From: Octopus vulgaris
Lineage: Eukaryota
Assembly (NCBI GenBank): GCA_951406725.2
Contig: OX597827.1
Coordinates: 1,302,001-1,366,000, forward strand
Reading direction: 5' to 3'
DNA length: 64,000 nucleotides
The notes beneath the pieces were generated by a model. It had not been told where the DNA came from, searched no databases, and saw only the letters and a list, made by a program, of their open reading frames with translations. Below are positions 26,534 to 42,130 of the stretch, piece after piece. A program made the translations under genes and the position numbers. Each line of letters opens with the position of its first letter. The first letter of the stretch is position 1.

Positions 26534-27366
26534 GTACATATGTTACATATATACACATACGTACATATGTATACATACATATATATGTATACATATATTT
26601 ACATACATATACATACATATGGCCCACACACACACATATGCGTTCTTATAGAATAAAGTCGGAAATTATTTGGTGCGCCAAAAACCGAGATCGTAATTTC
26701 TTCGGTTACGATTGAAAGAACAAAAGGAAGAAGAGGATTTCTGCCCAGGCCCATCCCGTTAAGTTTTCAGTTTTGACTTTTTTACGGAAATCTTTTCGAA
26801 TGCATGTTTTAAATATCTTTGATTATGACTTTTCAAATGCACGCGTAACTTTTTAAAAGAAAAAAATTAAAGAAAAGAAAGAAAAATTTTCGAAAGTCAA
26901 AAACTTTAAAATTACGGAAAGGAGAGTGATACACCACCCCAGCCTCGTCCTTTGCTTCTGGAGAATCGCAATCCTACGCATATCCGAGGAATTACAGTGT
27001 TTGGCACACTTGATAATTTCCGACTAGTTTTAAAGGATCATCGCAGTTGTACAGGTTTGCAGCGCTGTCTCAAAACATGGGTACATTGTGCTATGTTGTT
27101 GTCCAGGGACTCTCCTCGGGTTTGTGGAACCTAATGCTTATCTATGCTGTGGCTGTGCATTTAGAGGCCTTGGTGTATTACTTTGCCCGAGGAGCGAGGT
27201 GGCTGAAAGCTGATAAGACAGTTCTGCTTGTTTGGAATATGACCTGATCCATGAGAAGGTGTGATTCAAACTTGAACAATTTATATCGAGAAAAGCGTTC
27301 TGGTGACCATTACAAACGTATGTTTCGTGAAATTGAACACACACACACAGATAGACAATCTGTCTT

Positions 27367-27494
<128 letters not shown>

Positions 27495-27909
27495 GCACAT
27501 ACGCTCAACTACATCGCAGTAAAGTTGACCATCATTGATAACAGGTACACATTTTTACTTTTAAAAATATTAATTATGTATTAATTGATGAAATGAGGAT
27601 ACTTTTTGTATTTTGGGGGCTTTTTTATCTTTCGTTGCCTTTTCAAACACTTTTAACCGGAATCAAAATTCTATTAGCCGAAGAATACCGACAGATTTTG
27701 AAGATTTTGAAGTTTCTATAGAAAGAACGTAATAAAAAAACCAACGGAAGAAATGAATGAACGAGTGAAGAAAGAGAATTTAAATGATTAAAAGAAATTT
27801 AAGAAAAGGTATTATGTATGGAAAATATTTCAGAGTTGACTTACCTTTATCTTCTCAATAGTTTTGTAAAGTATGTAGTAATGTATGTATTTGGTGTAGT
27901 ATGAACGTG

Positions 27910-27943
<34 letters not shown>

Positions 27944-29000
27944 GTCGTATGTACACAAACGGTATAACAATCTATGTGTATATATGTATATAACTTTTTT
28001 CGTTTTTTTATCTATCAATTTTGTATTATTTGATTAAAGATAAAATATACTTTTTTCTGTATGTGTGAAGCTTTTTTAAAGATCTTTTTTTTTTCCTTTC
28101 TTTTATGTTTGTTTTCTTTTAACCCGTTGGAGTCGTCTCCAAACTCCAGGAAAAGAGAAAAAAATATTTTGAAAAAAATACTTTGGAAAATATTTCTTTT
28201 TTCTAATTCATACTTTTTTTGTAATTCGTATATTTTTTGCCATCATCATCATCAGTGGGCAGCGTGTGTTTATATATCATCCTTTTCCGTAACAACTGTT
28301 TCTCGCGTGTGTTTACGAGGGAAAACTAAAGTCCGTGTTTTGTTGATTCGTTGAAATAGCTTCATATGGTTGGCTGGCTGGCCGGGTGATCGGTCGGTCG
28401 GTTGGTTGTCGGGTTCGTCTCAGTCGCGGTGGCTGTTTGAGGGAGGGAAAGAGAAGTTGAAGTAAAAGTAAGGATTATGAGAGAGGGTGACGAAGGGAGA
28501 GTGAGTTGTAGAGAATAGGGGAAAGGAAGCGAGAATAAAGAAAAGGTTGAGTGAGGGGCTTGGATTGAGATAAAGAGAGTGACAGAAGGAGGAAAAGCGG
28601 GAGAGAAGTTACAAGAGTGAAAGAGAGAGAGAGAGAGAGAGAGGGTTAATGTAATAAACGGGAGCTGAGAGAAGAGAATATGAAAGAGGGGAGGAAAAAG
28701 TAAGCGTGCAAGAGAGAGAGAGAGAGAATATTTGTGGGAGAAACAGAGAGTGTGAGGAGAAAATGAAAGTGAAAGTAGAAGAGAAAGACGGTGAAGTGGG
28801 AGAGGAAGGAAGAGCGGAAATAAAGAGAGGAACAGAGAAAGAAGAGAAGAGAAAAGGGGAAAAGAAATATTATTAATCGGCAGAAGTTAGTGTCTCAAGG
28901 TCCGTGAGTTTCGTGTTCTGGCACTTAACAAAATTTCCAAACAGAGAGAGAGAGAGAGAGAGAGAGATTTACATGTATTTATATAATGTGTATTTGTGTT

Positions 29001-29032
<32 letters not shown>

Positions 29033-30774
29033 CGTGTATATAATAACATGTATACGTATGTATATATCTAACTCTCTATCTATATATAGGTATATATGTA
29101 TATGTATGTATGTACACATACATATATACACACACAGATACTTATACATACATATATACACGCACACATATATATGCATGTGTGTGTATGTGTGTATATA
29201 TATGTATATATATGTATATATATACATATATATATGAGCAAAGAGAGTGAGAGGGAAAGAGTAAAAGGACGCAACAAATAAAGACGGTGTGAAAAAGGAA
29301 GTAAAAAAAAACAAGTGAGAAAAGAAGAAAAAAGTTGTGGAGTGAGAGAGAGAAAAAGAGAGAAATTAAAGAGAGGGGGGGGAGAGTGGTCTGCTGTTGT
29401 ATTGAAATTGGTGTGTAAGAGATGGCAGTAGCAGGCTGGCTGGTTTGGGTTCTAAAATGTGTGTGAATGCATGAGTGTGCATGCATGCGAGCATCTGTGT
29501 GCATGTGCTTGTGTGTGTGTGTGGCTATGTATGGGAAGAAAAAAATAAATATCCATATATATTTATAAAGAAAAATTACGTAAATAAATAATACACAAAT
29601 ATATAAATGAAAAATTTTGGAAAAATTAAATAAAGAGAGAAGGAGAGAAAAAAAAAGAAAATAAATCTAAAATTGAAAAAAAGATTTTATAAAGAAAAAT
29701 CGAAAAAGAAACTCTTTAAAAATTCACAAATATTGTGGAAGGAGAAATTGTCGTTTCCGAATCATGCTGCATACAAGTGGAGCTAACGAAGAGATGGATC
29801 ACAGGTAGTTCACTAACGACATGTAAACACAACACACACACACATTTATTTATTTTACATTGCAGACATACACATAAGAATACGTATACATAGGCAGCCG
29901 TTGAGCTACATTTAGTCATACATACGTCGTCACAAAATCCTATTCAGTCCATGCACACACATACAACCACAGAGCCACATATAGTCATTCAACTGCATAC
30001 AAAGGGACATACGTATGCATACACACACATACACACAAACGTGTCTGCACACTCACACACGCACACAGATACTTATACATACGTACACACACACATGCAC
30101 TCATCCAACCGCAGTTAGCTTTAGTCAATCACACATCGATACACACACATAATCACAATCCTACGTAACTAAACACACATACAACCAAACAAACACAAAT
30201 ACATAAACAGAAATACAAATATAATCACACTTATCCCCATATATACATACACAGAGATACACATTACAGTAAATAGACATCCCACCATGACCACCATCAC
30301 TTTCAGCAATGAGTTTTCCAGTTGTTCAATCAACTAAACTATCTAATCATTATATAATAATTACCCTTTTTACTATAGGCACAAGGCCTGAAATTTGTGG
30401 AGGGGCCTAGCCGACCCCAGTATTTGACTGGTACTTGTGTTATTGAATCCTGGAATGATGAAAGTCAAAGACAAACACAATGGAATTTGAATGCAGAAAG
30501 ATGAGATTCTACAAATCTTAATAACAATAATAATAATAATAATAATAATTACAATATTCATTTTTACTACAGGTGCAAGGCCTTAAATATGGTGGGAGAG
30601 GGCTAGTCGATTATGTTGACCCCTGTGCATAATTGGTACTTATTTCATTAACCCCAAAAGGATGGAAGGCAAAGTTGACCTTGGCAGAATTTGAACTCAG
30701 AATGTAAAGACGGATGAAATGCAGTCAAGCGTTTTGCCTGGCATGCTAACATTTCTGCCACCTCACCACCTTAA

Positions 30775-32052
<1,278 letters not shown>

Positions 32053-32296
32053 GGTTTCAAATTTTGGCACGAGGCCAACAAGTTCGATTGAGGCAGAGGC
32101 AAGTTGATGTTATTGACTGGGACATATTTTACTGACCCTGAAAAAGGATGAAAGGAAAAGTAGGCCTCAGTGGAATTTTGAACTCAGAACGTAAGAATGG
32201 ATGAAATGCCAGTGAAACATTTTGCCTTGCATGCTAGCAATCCTGCCAGCACCATCAGCTAATAATAACACTAATTACAGCAATGATAATGATTTC

Positions 32297-33245
32297 AGGG
32301 TGACGAGTTGGCAGAATCGTTAGCATGCTGGGTGAAATGCTTGGTGGTATTTCATCTGCCGCTACGTTCTGAGTTCAAATTCCGCTGAGGTCAACTTTGC
32401 CTTTCATCCTTTCAGGGTTGATAAATTAAGTACCAGTTACGCACTGGGGTCGATGTAATCGACTTAATCCCTTTGTCTGTTCTTGTTTGTCCCCTCTGTG
32501 TTTAGCCCCTTGTGGGCAATAAAGAAAAAAGAATCGTTAGCACACTGGGCGAAATGCTAAGTGGTATTTCGTCTGCCTTTACATTCTGAGTTCAAATTCC
32601 TCCAAGGTCGACTTTGCTTTTATCTTTTCAGGGTCGATAAATTAAGTACCACTTGTGTACTAAGGTCTACTAAGATCGATGTAATTGACTGGCCCCCCCC
32701 AAAAAAATTTCAGGCCATGTGCCTAGAGTAGAAAAGAAAAGAATTCTCTGAGGTGGCAAGCTGGCAGAAACGTTAGCACACCTGGCAAAATGCGTAGCCG
32801 TAATTTGACTGCCATTACGTTCTAAGTTCAAATTCTGCCAAAGTCGACTTTGCCTTTCATCATTTCGGGGTCAATAAATTAAGTACCAGTTACTCACTGG
32901 GATCGATATAATCGACTTAATCCATTTGTCTGTCCTTGTTTGTCCTCTCTGTGTTTTGTCCCTTGTGGGTAGTAAAGAAATAGGCATTTCGAGGGTCAAT
33001 AAATTAAATACCAGTTGTGTACTCAGGTTGATCTAATCGCCTAGCTCCCTCACCAAAAGTTTCATGAGCCTAGAGTAGGAAAGAATTGTTAGCACGCTGG
33101 GCAGAATGCTTAGAGACATTTCAACCGTCTTTATATTCTGAGCTCAAATTCCCCCGAGGTCAACTTCGCCTTTAATCCTTTCAGGGTCAATAAAATAAGT
33201 ACCTGTTGAAGACTGGGGTCTCTGTAATTGATTCATCCTTCCCCT
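32297..33245 (+). mobile_element. tandem cluster of family A SINE monomers
   Basis: At least four GTTCAAATTC..ACTTTGCCTTT..TAAGTACC units. Confidence 0.85.
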
Positions 33246-33341
33246 AAAATTATTATTATTGTTTTTATTGTTGTTTTAGCTGTTGTTGTTGTAGTTGATA
33301 TTGTGATTGTTGTTATTGTTGTTGTTCTTATAGTTGTAAAT

Positions 33342-33610
33342 GGGTAAAGACCCCCTTCGGTCATGAATGACCATGGGATTGCACTTAGAAAGTTCCCCCT
33401 AGGCAAGGTTGCTTATGGAAGACCAGCAGTCACCTATGCATACCAGGTTATCCAAGGGAAAGGCAAAGGGGCCAATACAGCTTGGCACCAGTGATGTTAC
33501 AACTCATTTCTACAGCTGAGTGAACTGGAGCAACGTGAAATAAAGTGTCTTGCTCAAGAACACAATGCAACCCAGTCTGGGAATCGAACTCATTACCTCA
33601 TGATTGTGAA
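33342..33610 (-). mobile_element. SINE family D (GACCGAAGGGGGTCTTTACC tail)
   Basis: Same body as 44121-44340; related heads at 50310-50460, 55430-55760 and 40710-41090. Confidence 0.7.
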
Positions 33611-33990
33611 CCCAGGGTTAATGTTATTTCTCATCAACATTTTCTGATCATTGGCAGATATTTTAGGAAGAAAAGTGAGAAGGCAAAGAAAGAAAACCAC
33701 CACCATCACCACCACCACAACAACAACAACAACAGAAGTGAATGAAAAAGAAAGAAACAGTGACACACACACACACACACACACAAAATTAATGACAACA
33801 AAGGGAAACAAAATAAAGGAATCAAATAAATATATAACAATAAAAATAAAAATATAGGAATAGCAGAGAAAGAAATGGAAGAATTGTTTAAAATTATATA
33901 CAAATTCTAAACTGGAATTATAGACTGATTCAGAAAAATGTGGGAGTTGATAAAATATAATGTGCTTGTGTGTGTGTGTGTGTGTGTGTG

Positions 33991-34095
33991 TAAATAGACA
34001 GAAATAATGGGTTACAAACATTTATTTATTTATTATAGGCTTACAGCTGTTTCACAGATCAGTTTCTGTGTGTTAATGGTTCAATCTTATCAATC
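33991..34095 (-). repeat. degenerate copy of the HHR-bearing element at 47144-47245
   Basis: Reverse strand ..ATTGAACC..TGAAACAGCTGTAAGCCTATAATAA..AACCCATTATTTCT matches 47158-47243. Confidence 0.6.
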
Positions 34096-34359
34096 GTTCG
34101 ATTGATCAACTGAAAATGTAGGAAACCCCCTTCCCCCCTGAGCTCACAAAAGCTTTTTGTTGTTGGCCTGTTGTATTTTCATCTAGAGAGAGCTTAAGAA
34201 GTATTTCGATTAGATTACTAATCCTTTGTAATCCCTCTTTACTTTGATATATATGCGTAAATGTATGTATATATGGATGGATGGATGGATGGATGGATGG
34301 ATAGATAGGTGGATGTATATATAGGTGTGTGTCTGTGTGTGTGGTGTGTGTGTGTTTAT

Positions 34360-34391
<32 letters not shown>

Positions 34392-34982
34392 CTTTTATCT
34401 TTACCTTGTTTGAATAACTGGACTGCAGCCATGCTGGGGCACTCGCCTCACCCCCCCCCCTGGTTGGTTCCTTTGCCAAACTACTAAGTTACGAGGATGT
34501 AAACAAATCAACAAGAGTTTCAAGCAGCGATATGGGACAAATATAGACACATATATACATACATGTACCACGTCCTCGTGTTGTTTGTTTTGTTTTGGTT
34601 GTTATTTTTTTGTTTGAGGGGGGGATTAATTATCAGGCTTCCACATAGCTTTTGTCTAGGGAATTCACTCACTCACTCACACACACTAACTAACTAACTA
34701 ACTAATTCTCGATTTGCTTACACAATATTTCTAGAATAATTTCAAATACCAGGTAAAAAATAAGTTTGCAACAATAGTTTTATCAAAATGGTCACAAGTT
34801 TTATTTCTCCATGAACGGAAAAAGATGAACAATCTGAACAGTTTTTAGTCACCTTAGACCTTCATCAGGGAAAGCAATACCGGTCTTCTGACCATAAAGA
34901 TATTTTAGTTTATAATCATCACTTTGTTTACTTCCCACACTGAAGTCAACGTTGCCCTACAATTCAAATTAAAAATATATAT

Positions 34983-35014
<32 letters not shown>

Positions 35015-35930
35015 AATCATCATCATCTTCATCATCGTTTAACGTCTGCTTTCCATACTAGCATGGTTGTATCTTTTAACTTTTACTTGCTTCAGTCATT
35101 GGACTGTGGTTATGGTGAAGTACCACCTAAAGGGTTTAGTGAAACTAATTGACCCCAGTAATTATTTTTTCAATTTTGTTACATATTTTATAAGTCATTT
35201 TTGCAGAACTGAGACCACTAACATATGGGGATGTAAACAAACCAACACTGGTTTTTAAGCAGTGGTAGTGGACAAGCAAAACAGTATTCATCCATTCATC
35301 CAGTCAACCATCCATCTGACCAGTCATCCATCCATCTACCCATCCATGCATACACACACACATACATACATACATACATACACGCATACGTATATACATA
35401 CTTGCATACATACATACATACATACATACATACATACATTTATACATACATGTATATACACATGATGGGCTTCAACACAGTCTCCTTTTATGAAATTCAC
35501 TTGCTTGTCCCAAGGCTATAGTCATCCAAGACACTATGCAGTGGGATTGAACCCAAAACTATGTGATTGGAAAGTGAGGTTCTTAACCACACAGCCATGC
35601 CATATAATATGTGTGTGCATGTGTGTGTGTTTGTGTGTTTGTTTGTGGTTGTGTGCATGTGTGTGTGTGTGTTCATGTGTGTGTGTGTGTGTGCATACAT
35701 TAGCCCTGTCATTTCATGTTTACCTCCCATCCGTGCCGTCTTGCATTGAATGGGTTGTCACAGTCCAAGTGATTTATTGTCAAGAGCCCTTCCATCCATG
35801 GAGTGCTGCTTGTGCATATCACTGGCCTTCGTTTCTATGACTGGATGCTCTTCCTATTGCCAACCTAGAGGCATTACCACATGGTACCAACACCAGGTAC
35901 ATTCAATGTGCATCCCTTCATACATACAAT

Positions 35931-35966
<36 letters not shown>

Positions 35967-36043
35967 CACACAGATAGATAGATAGATATGTACATACATA
36001 TATATATATAGATAGGAATATAAATAGATAGATATATATTATA

Positions 36044-36097
<54 letters not shown>

Positions 36098-36900
36098 AAT
36101 ACATACATACATAGTAATTACATACCTACATACATATATATATATACACACATATATATATGCATGTATGCATATATGTAGAAATATTTGCTTTTATTAA
36201 ATTTATTTCCTCCACTTTTCATTATAAATTTTCCATTTTCCATCTTTGTTTTTTATCAAATTACAATTATTTTTTTTTCTATTTTGTTTTCTTGCCATTA
36301 TTGTTATCATTGTCATCATCATTATCGTCATCATGTTTATCGTCATCATTGTCGTTGCTGTCAACATCATCGTCATCGTCATCATCGTCATCATCTTCTT
36401 CTCTCTCTCCAACTTATTGTCATCCATTTGTTCCGTTATTTATTTATTTATTCTTTTTTTTTCCTCCCTTCCAAGTTATTTTATTATTTCACAGCGTCTT
36501 AGATAAAACTAATGTCTTCTTTTCGCTACCCCCCCCCCACCCATCCCCTGCACCACCACCACCACCACCACCACTGCCGCTACCACCATTCCTTCCGTGC
36601 AACACGCCCCCTCCCCTCCTCCACTTCCTCTCCTCCTAACTTCACACCCTCCTCTCCCCACTCCCTCTCTTCTTCTCTAACAGCCATCAAAATTGCATGG
36701 TCGCATACGCAAATCACTCACACACACACACACACACACATATATACATGCACATACACGCATACATATTCAATAAATCCATCTCTCCACTGTTCTCCAT
36801 TTCTCATCTCTCTCTTTCTTGCTCTCTGTCTCTCTGTCTCTCTTGCTCTCTTTCCCTCTCTTTCTCTATGACTATACCTATGCCTCTATTTTTGTCTTTC

Positions 36901-36943
<43 letters not shown>

Positions 36944-36960
36944 GTTTACCTATCTATCCA

Positions 36961-36993
<33 letters not shown>

Positions 36994-37507
36994 GCCTAAC
37001 TTTATCTATCTATCTATCTATCTGTTTATCAATACCCTTGCACTATATTTCTCTTCCTTTCTCTCTGTCTCTCTCACCCTATAACCCAGTCTCTCTCTGT
37101 GCCCCTTACTACATATACACCTCTCTCTTTCCTGCCTATCTATTCACCTCTCTCCATATTCTAATCTCTCTCTCTATCTATATCGCATTGTCTCTCTCTA
37201 TACTTCTTACCTCTTTCTACTCTCTATCCATCAATCCATCCGTCTGTCCGTCCCTCTGTCTGTCTGTTCTCTCTCTCTCTCTCTCTACCTATCTACCTAT
37301 CTATCTATTTATCTATATATCTGTTTACTTGTTTATCTGTACCTCTCTCTCTCATCTCATCTCTCTCTCTTTTCCTCTCTCTCTCTATTCTCTTCTCTCT
37401 CTCACCTCCTTCTCTCTCTCTCTGTCTCTCTCTCCCTCTCACTCACTTCCTTGCAATATTTCCTCCTTGTATTCTTGTTTCTGTAGTTGTCTTTGATGTT
37501 GTTGTTG

Positions 37508-37553
<46 letters not shown>

Positions 37554-37708
37554 CATTATTATTATTATTGCTACTCTATAGAAAAATAATAACGAAATTA
37601 CTAGGAAAATGCAAAAAACCCACAGACATACACAAAAAAAAAGCAATGACTATGATGATGACGATGATGATGATGGTAATAACAATGATGTGATGGTGGG
37701 AGTGGTGG

Positions 37709-37744
<36 letters not shown>

Positions 37745-38977
37745 CGACGATATCGATGCTGAGCATTGCACAACTGACGAAATAAAGAAGAATCAGCAGT
37801 CACAAAGAGAAAGAAAAACAGCAGTAGATGAAGGAGGTGGAGGAGGAGGAGGGGGAGAAGAAGGAGGAGGAGGAGGAGAAGAAGAAGAAGGAAGAAGAAG
37901 ACAGAAGAAGGAGGAAAAGAAGAAGAAGAAGAAGAATGAAGAAGAAGAAGAAGAAGAACAACAACAACAACAGCAACAACAACAACAACAACAGCAGCAG
38001 CAGCAGCAACAGCAACAAGAACAACAAGAGTGGGCTGAGAGACAAATATGAAAAGTGATTATGTTTTATGTGTTATAATTTGACATTTTGTCAGCTGCAA
38101 AACTTTTCAATTTCCACTCAATTTACACTATTGTGGTAAAAACAACCATTTCCTACCACCACCACCACTACAACTACTATCACCACCACCATCACCACCA
38201 CTACAACTACTATCACCACCACCACCATCACCACCACTACCACCACAACAACCATCAACACTACAACTACTATCACCACCACCACCATCACCACCACCAT
38301 CACTACCACCACAACAACCATCAACACTGCCACTACAATCACGACGATGACGACGACTACCACAACCACCACCACCACCACCAATACTGTCATCACACAT
38401 ATCGTCAGCACCACTTCCTCCATCCTTACAACCAACATCACCGCTACACTCACCACCATCACCATTGCAACTGCTAAGTACCGTCCAACAACGGCTTGTT
38501 GGTAACCACTACCTCTGCCATCTAAACTATCTTAGAGACTGTCACATTTGCTAACCACTACTGCAGTCAACAACACCTTCATAGATGCCAAAATGTCCAT
38601 TACCATTACTACTACTAATACTAATAACTTCGACTGAGAATATTTCTGTATTTCTTCATCTTTACATCTCTCTGGCATCTCCGTCCCTGATGACGATCGA
38701 CGCAGCTTATGGAATCCTTACACAATATCATCATCCGCATGCTCGTCTGTTCTAGAAACAGTTATAAGTTTATATTCTCTTTCTAAAATAAATGTATTTT
38801 CCTGATAGTGTACTACGTAGTCATTCGACTTGCTAGAAATTCCGCCTCCCCCCTCTCTCTCTCTCCTTCAGATAACGAAGTCTCGCCTTTACACATTGAA
38901 AAACAACAGACATCACAAACAACACCAACACGAATATTATCTCATCACTTTAAAGTTAAGCCATTCCTTCCTGAAAT

Positions 38978-39670
38978 GCGGCGAGCCGGCAAAATCGTTT
39001 GCACGTCGGACAAAACGATTAGCGACATTTCATCTGGCACTTTGTGCTCTGAGTTCAAATCTTGCCGAGGTCGACTTTCCCTTTCATTCTTTCGGGGTCA
39101 ATAAAATAATTATCAGTTGAGCATTGGTGTCGCTGTAATCGACTTACTTCTTTACCCCCAAACCGCTGGCCTTGTGCCAAAAATTCGTCTGCCGTTACGT
39201 TCTGAGTTCAAATTCCGCCGAGGTCGACTTTGCCTTTCATCCTTTCGGGGTCGATAAATTAAGTACCAGTTATGCACTGGGGTCGATGTAATCGACTTAA
39301 TCCCTTTGTCTGTCCTTGTTTGTCCCCTCTGTGTTTAGCCCTTGTGGGCAATAAAGAAAAAAAGAATCTTTAGCACACTGGGTGAAATGTTAAGTGGTAT
39401 TTCGTCTGCCTTTACATTCTGAGTTCAAATTTGCTCGTCAGACATAACAATTAGGACATTTCTTCTGGAATTTTGTGCTCTGAGTTCTAATCTTGCCGAG
39501 GTCAACTTTGCCATTCATCCTTGTGCCAAAAATTTAAAAAAAAAAAATTGTTATTATAATTGTTACGAAGGCAAGCTGGCAGAATCGTTAACACTTCGGA
39601 CAAAATGCTTAACAACCAGCATTTCTTCTTGCAGCCCTTTGCGTTCTGAGTTCAAATCCCGCCGAGGCAA
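38978..39670 (+). mobile_element. tandem cluster of family A SINE monomers
   Basis: Repeated GAGTTCAAAT..GCCGAGGTC units. Confidence 0.8.
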
Positions 39671-39989
39671 ATTCTAAGTCAACAAATACAGTTTATCAAC
39701 AGCAATAGCAACATGACAACTGCTTTAAAATAACGTCAATGATTGCAAAATAGCAACAGGCCACATGTAATAAAGCACGGAAGGTTACGCAACAACAACA
39801 GCAACAGCAACAACAATCACTGAAAAAAAAAAAACCCCAAAAAACAGGAATAGCGCAAAATAGTAAAAATACAATAAAGCAAATTATAATGGAAATGTGA
39901 CATTAACGCAACAACAACAATAACAACAAGATCTGTAGCAGCACCGCCAGCAACATCAGCAGCAGTAATAACAGCAACAACAGCAACAG

Positions 39990-40182
39990 TGGAGGCGCAA
40001 TGGCCCAGTGGTTAGGGCAGCGGACTCGCGGTCGTAAGAACGCGGTTTCGATTCCCAGACCGGGCATTGTGAGTGTTTATTGAGCAAAAACACCTAAGTT
40101 CCACGATGCTCAGGCGGGGTGGGTGGTGGACCCCGCTGTACTCTTTCACCACAACTTTTTCTCACTCTTTCTTCCTACTTCT
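39990..40182 (+). mobile_element. family C SINE 5' part
   Basis: GGAGGCGCAATGGCCCAGTGGTTAGG..GGTTTCGATTCCC. Confidence 0.8.
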
Positions 40183-41344
40183 GCCACAAAGCAGAGGAAC
40201 CCACTATGGTGTGGTAGAACTTTCAGACCCAAGTCTTCATTCTTTCATTGCTCGACCGTGGTCGAGACAATGGAATTTACTATGCTACGCCAGACTTCAC
40301 GGTCCATCATAGCATTACGGAGGTCCTGTTGCTGGATGCTTGTATCCCTGGAGATTACATCAGGGTAGGAGAATGTACGCCCTCTGGTATCGCGAGTAGA
40401 TGGCTTCCAGAGGAGAAGAGTAGAAATTGCTTCGTTTTCAGCTCTACAACAATGTCCTCTGTACCCTAGGATGGTTCAGCTTTCGCACCCGTGCAACCGC
40501 CAATCTGTCGCATGTGGTGGGCGGATCTTCAAGTTGCCACACGCATTCTTAGTAGCTTAGAGTAGGCTCGAATTAGAGATTATTCTTTGTGGCTAATGGC
40601 ATGAGTCCTGATTGGAAGAAGAAGAAGAAGAAGAAGAAGAAGAAGAAGAAGAAGAAGAAGAAGAAGAAGAAGAAGAAGACAGTAACAATAACATTAGCAA
40701 CAGCAGCAGTGGCCTGGCTCTTCGTCGGTTACGACAACGAGTGTTCCTGTTGATTCGACCGACCGAACAGCCTGTTCGTTAAATTAACGTTCGAGTGGCT
40801 GAGTACTCCACAGTAATCTTTACGTACATTTTCTTCTTATGCTTGCAACAGTTGTTACCGCTGTTGCCACTGCTTTTCATTTTCTTTCTTTTTCCCCTTT
40901 TTTCTCGCAGTATCCAAGAAGGGCAGTGCCCGTGGCCTTTGTAATTAGTCCCACGAAGATCGATAAGATCGAATGTCATTAACGTAATTGCCAGGGAGAT
41001 ACAGCGTGACACAAAATAGGACAAGGCTACCCCTTTGAAATGCGGGTAGAGCGATCGTGAGCCGAATAGCCTAACCACCAAGCCCCGTGACTTCTTCACA
41101 ACAACAGTAGCAACAACATCTGGAGTAGCAATATCAGTCGCAACAACAACAACAATTGTTGCAATACAAGCATAAGAAAATAAGGTACGTAAAGACTACA
41201 AAAGAACAAAATACGTGGCTGTGTGGTAAGTAGCTTGCTCACAAACCACATGCTTCTGGGTTCAGTCCCCCTCGGGCCGACCAAAGCCTTGTGAGTGGAT
41301 TTGGTAGACGGAAACTGAAAGAAGCCGGCGAAAAAAGAAAATCG

Positions 41345-41573
41345 AAGGCGGCGAGCTGGCAGAAACGTTAGCACGCCGGGCGAAATGCTTTGCGGTTTTT
41401 CGCCTGCCGTTACGTTCTGAGTTCAAATTCCGCTGAGGTCGACTTTGCCTTTCACCCTTTCGACGTCGATAAATTAAGTACCAGTTACGCACTGGGGTCG
41501 ATATAATCGACTTAATCCCTTTGTCCGTCCTTGTTTGTCCCCTCTGCTAACGTTTCTGCCAGCTCGCCGCCTT
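41345..41573 (+). mobile_element. family A SINE closed by an inverted copy of its own 5' end
   Basis: 41345-41373 and 41545-41573 form a perfect 29-bp inverted repeat. Confidence 0.8.
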
Positions 41574-41667
41574 TTATTTTAGAGTCTTTCTATGATACTG
41601 ATTGACCTGCTAAAAATAACAGTAATAATTTCCTTTATCCCACAGCTGCTGGCCGTTTTGAAAAAAA

Positions 41668-42130
41668 GACTACTTTGGATAATGGTCACCATTACCGGCA
41701 TATCTCCCTAGAGCACCAATTTTTTGCACCTGCCAGTTGGTCAATGTGTAACAATTAACTTCAAGGCCTATTATCAGAGAACATTGAAATAACTCATAAA
41801 AAGCAATTGATAGTGAGAATAAACTAGTTATTAGAAACTTGTGCACAAATTCCAACGTTATCAATGGAAGTAGATAACGTAGCTGAGTTATAGGATGAAG
41901 TGAAACCCTCAGCAATGAAGTTTGTTTGGAATAAAACATGGCCAAACTCTGTCCAGCACTTCACATGTTTTCGACCAATTCATACGACGTTCTGAAAGAT
42001 ATTGTGACACTGGTAAAATGATACAGTTCGTAGAAGACTGTAGGGTCGAGTTGCTAAGGTCCTCAAGAGAAAGTTTGTTAAATGAAGATATAACAGTGTT
42101 TGAACACGAGCGAGCTGCAAAGTTGGACTG
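41668..42130 (+). pseudogene. pogo/Tigger DDE transposase relic
   Basis: Across frameshifts and stops: LDN..PVGQCVTINFKAYYQRT..AIDSENKL..DNVAEL*DEVKPSAMKFVWNKTWP..VELLRSSRESLLNED, resembling Tigger QPMDQGVIANFKAYY..W.EVK..VWKKLWP. Confidence 0.75.

Noticed and set aside
32297-33245. regularly recurring repeats resembling a CRISPR array
   Set aside because: Units are ~200-bp SINE monomers, not short repeats with unique spacers; eukaryotic context and no cas genes.
38687-38693. CTGATGA boxes here and at 51224 and 63754
   Set aside because: No properly spaced stem II/GAAA/stem III; 63754 lies within RTE coding sequence on the other strand.
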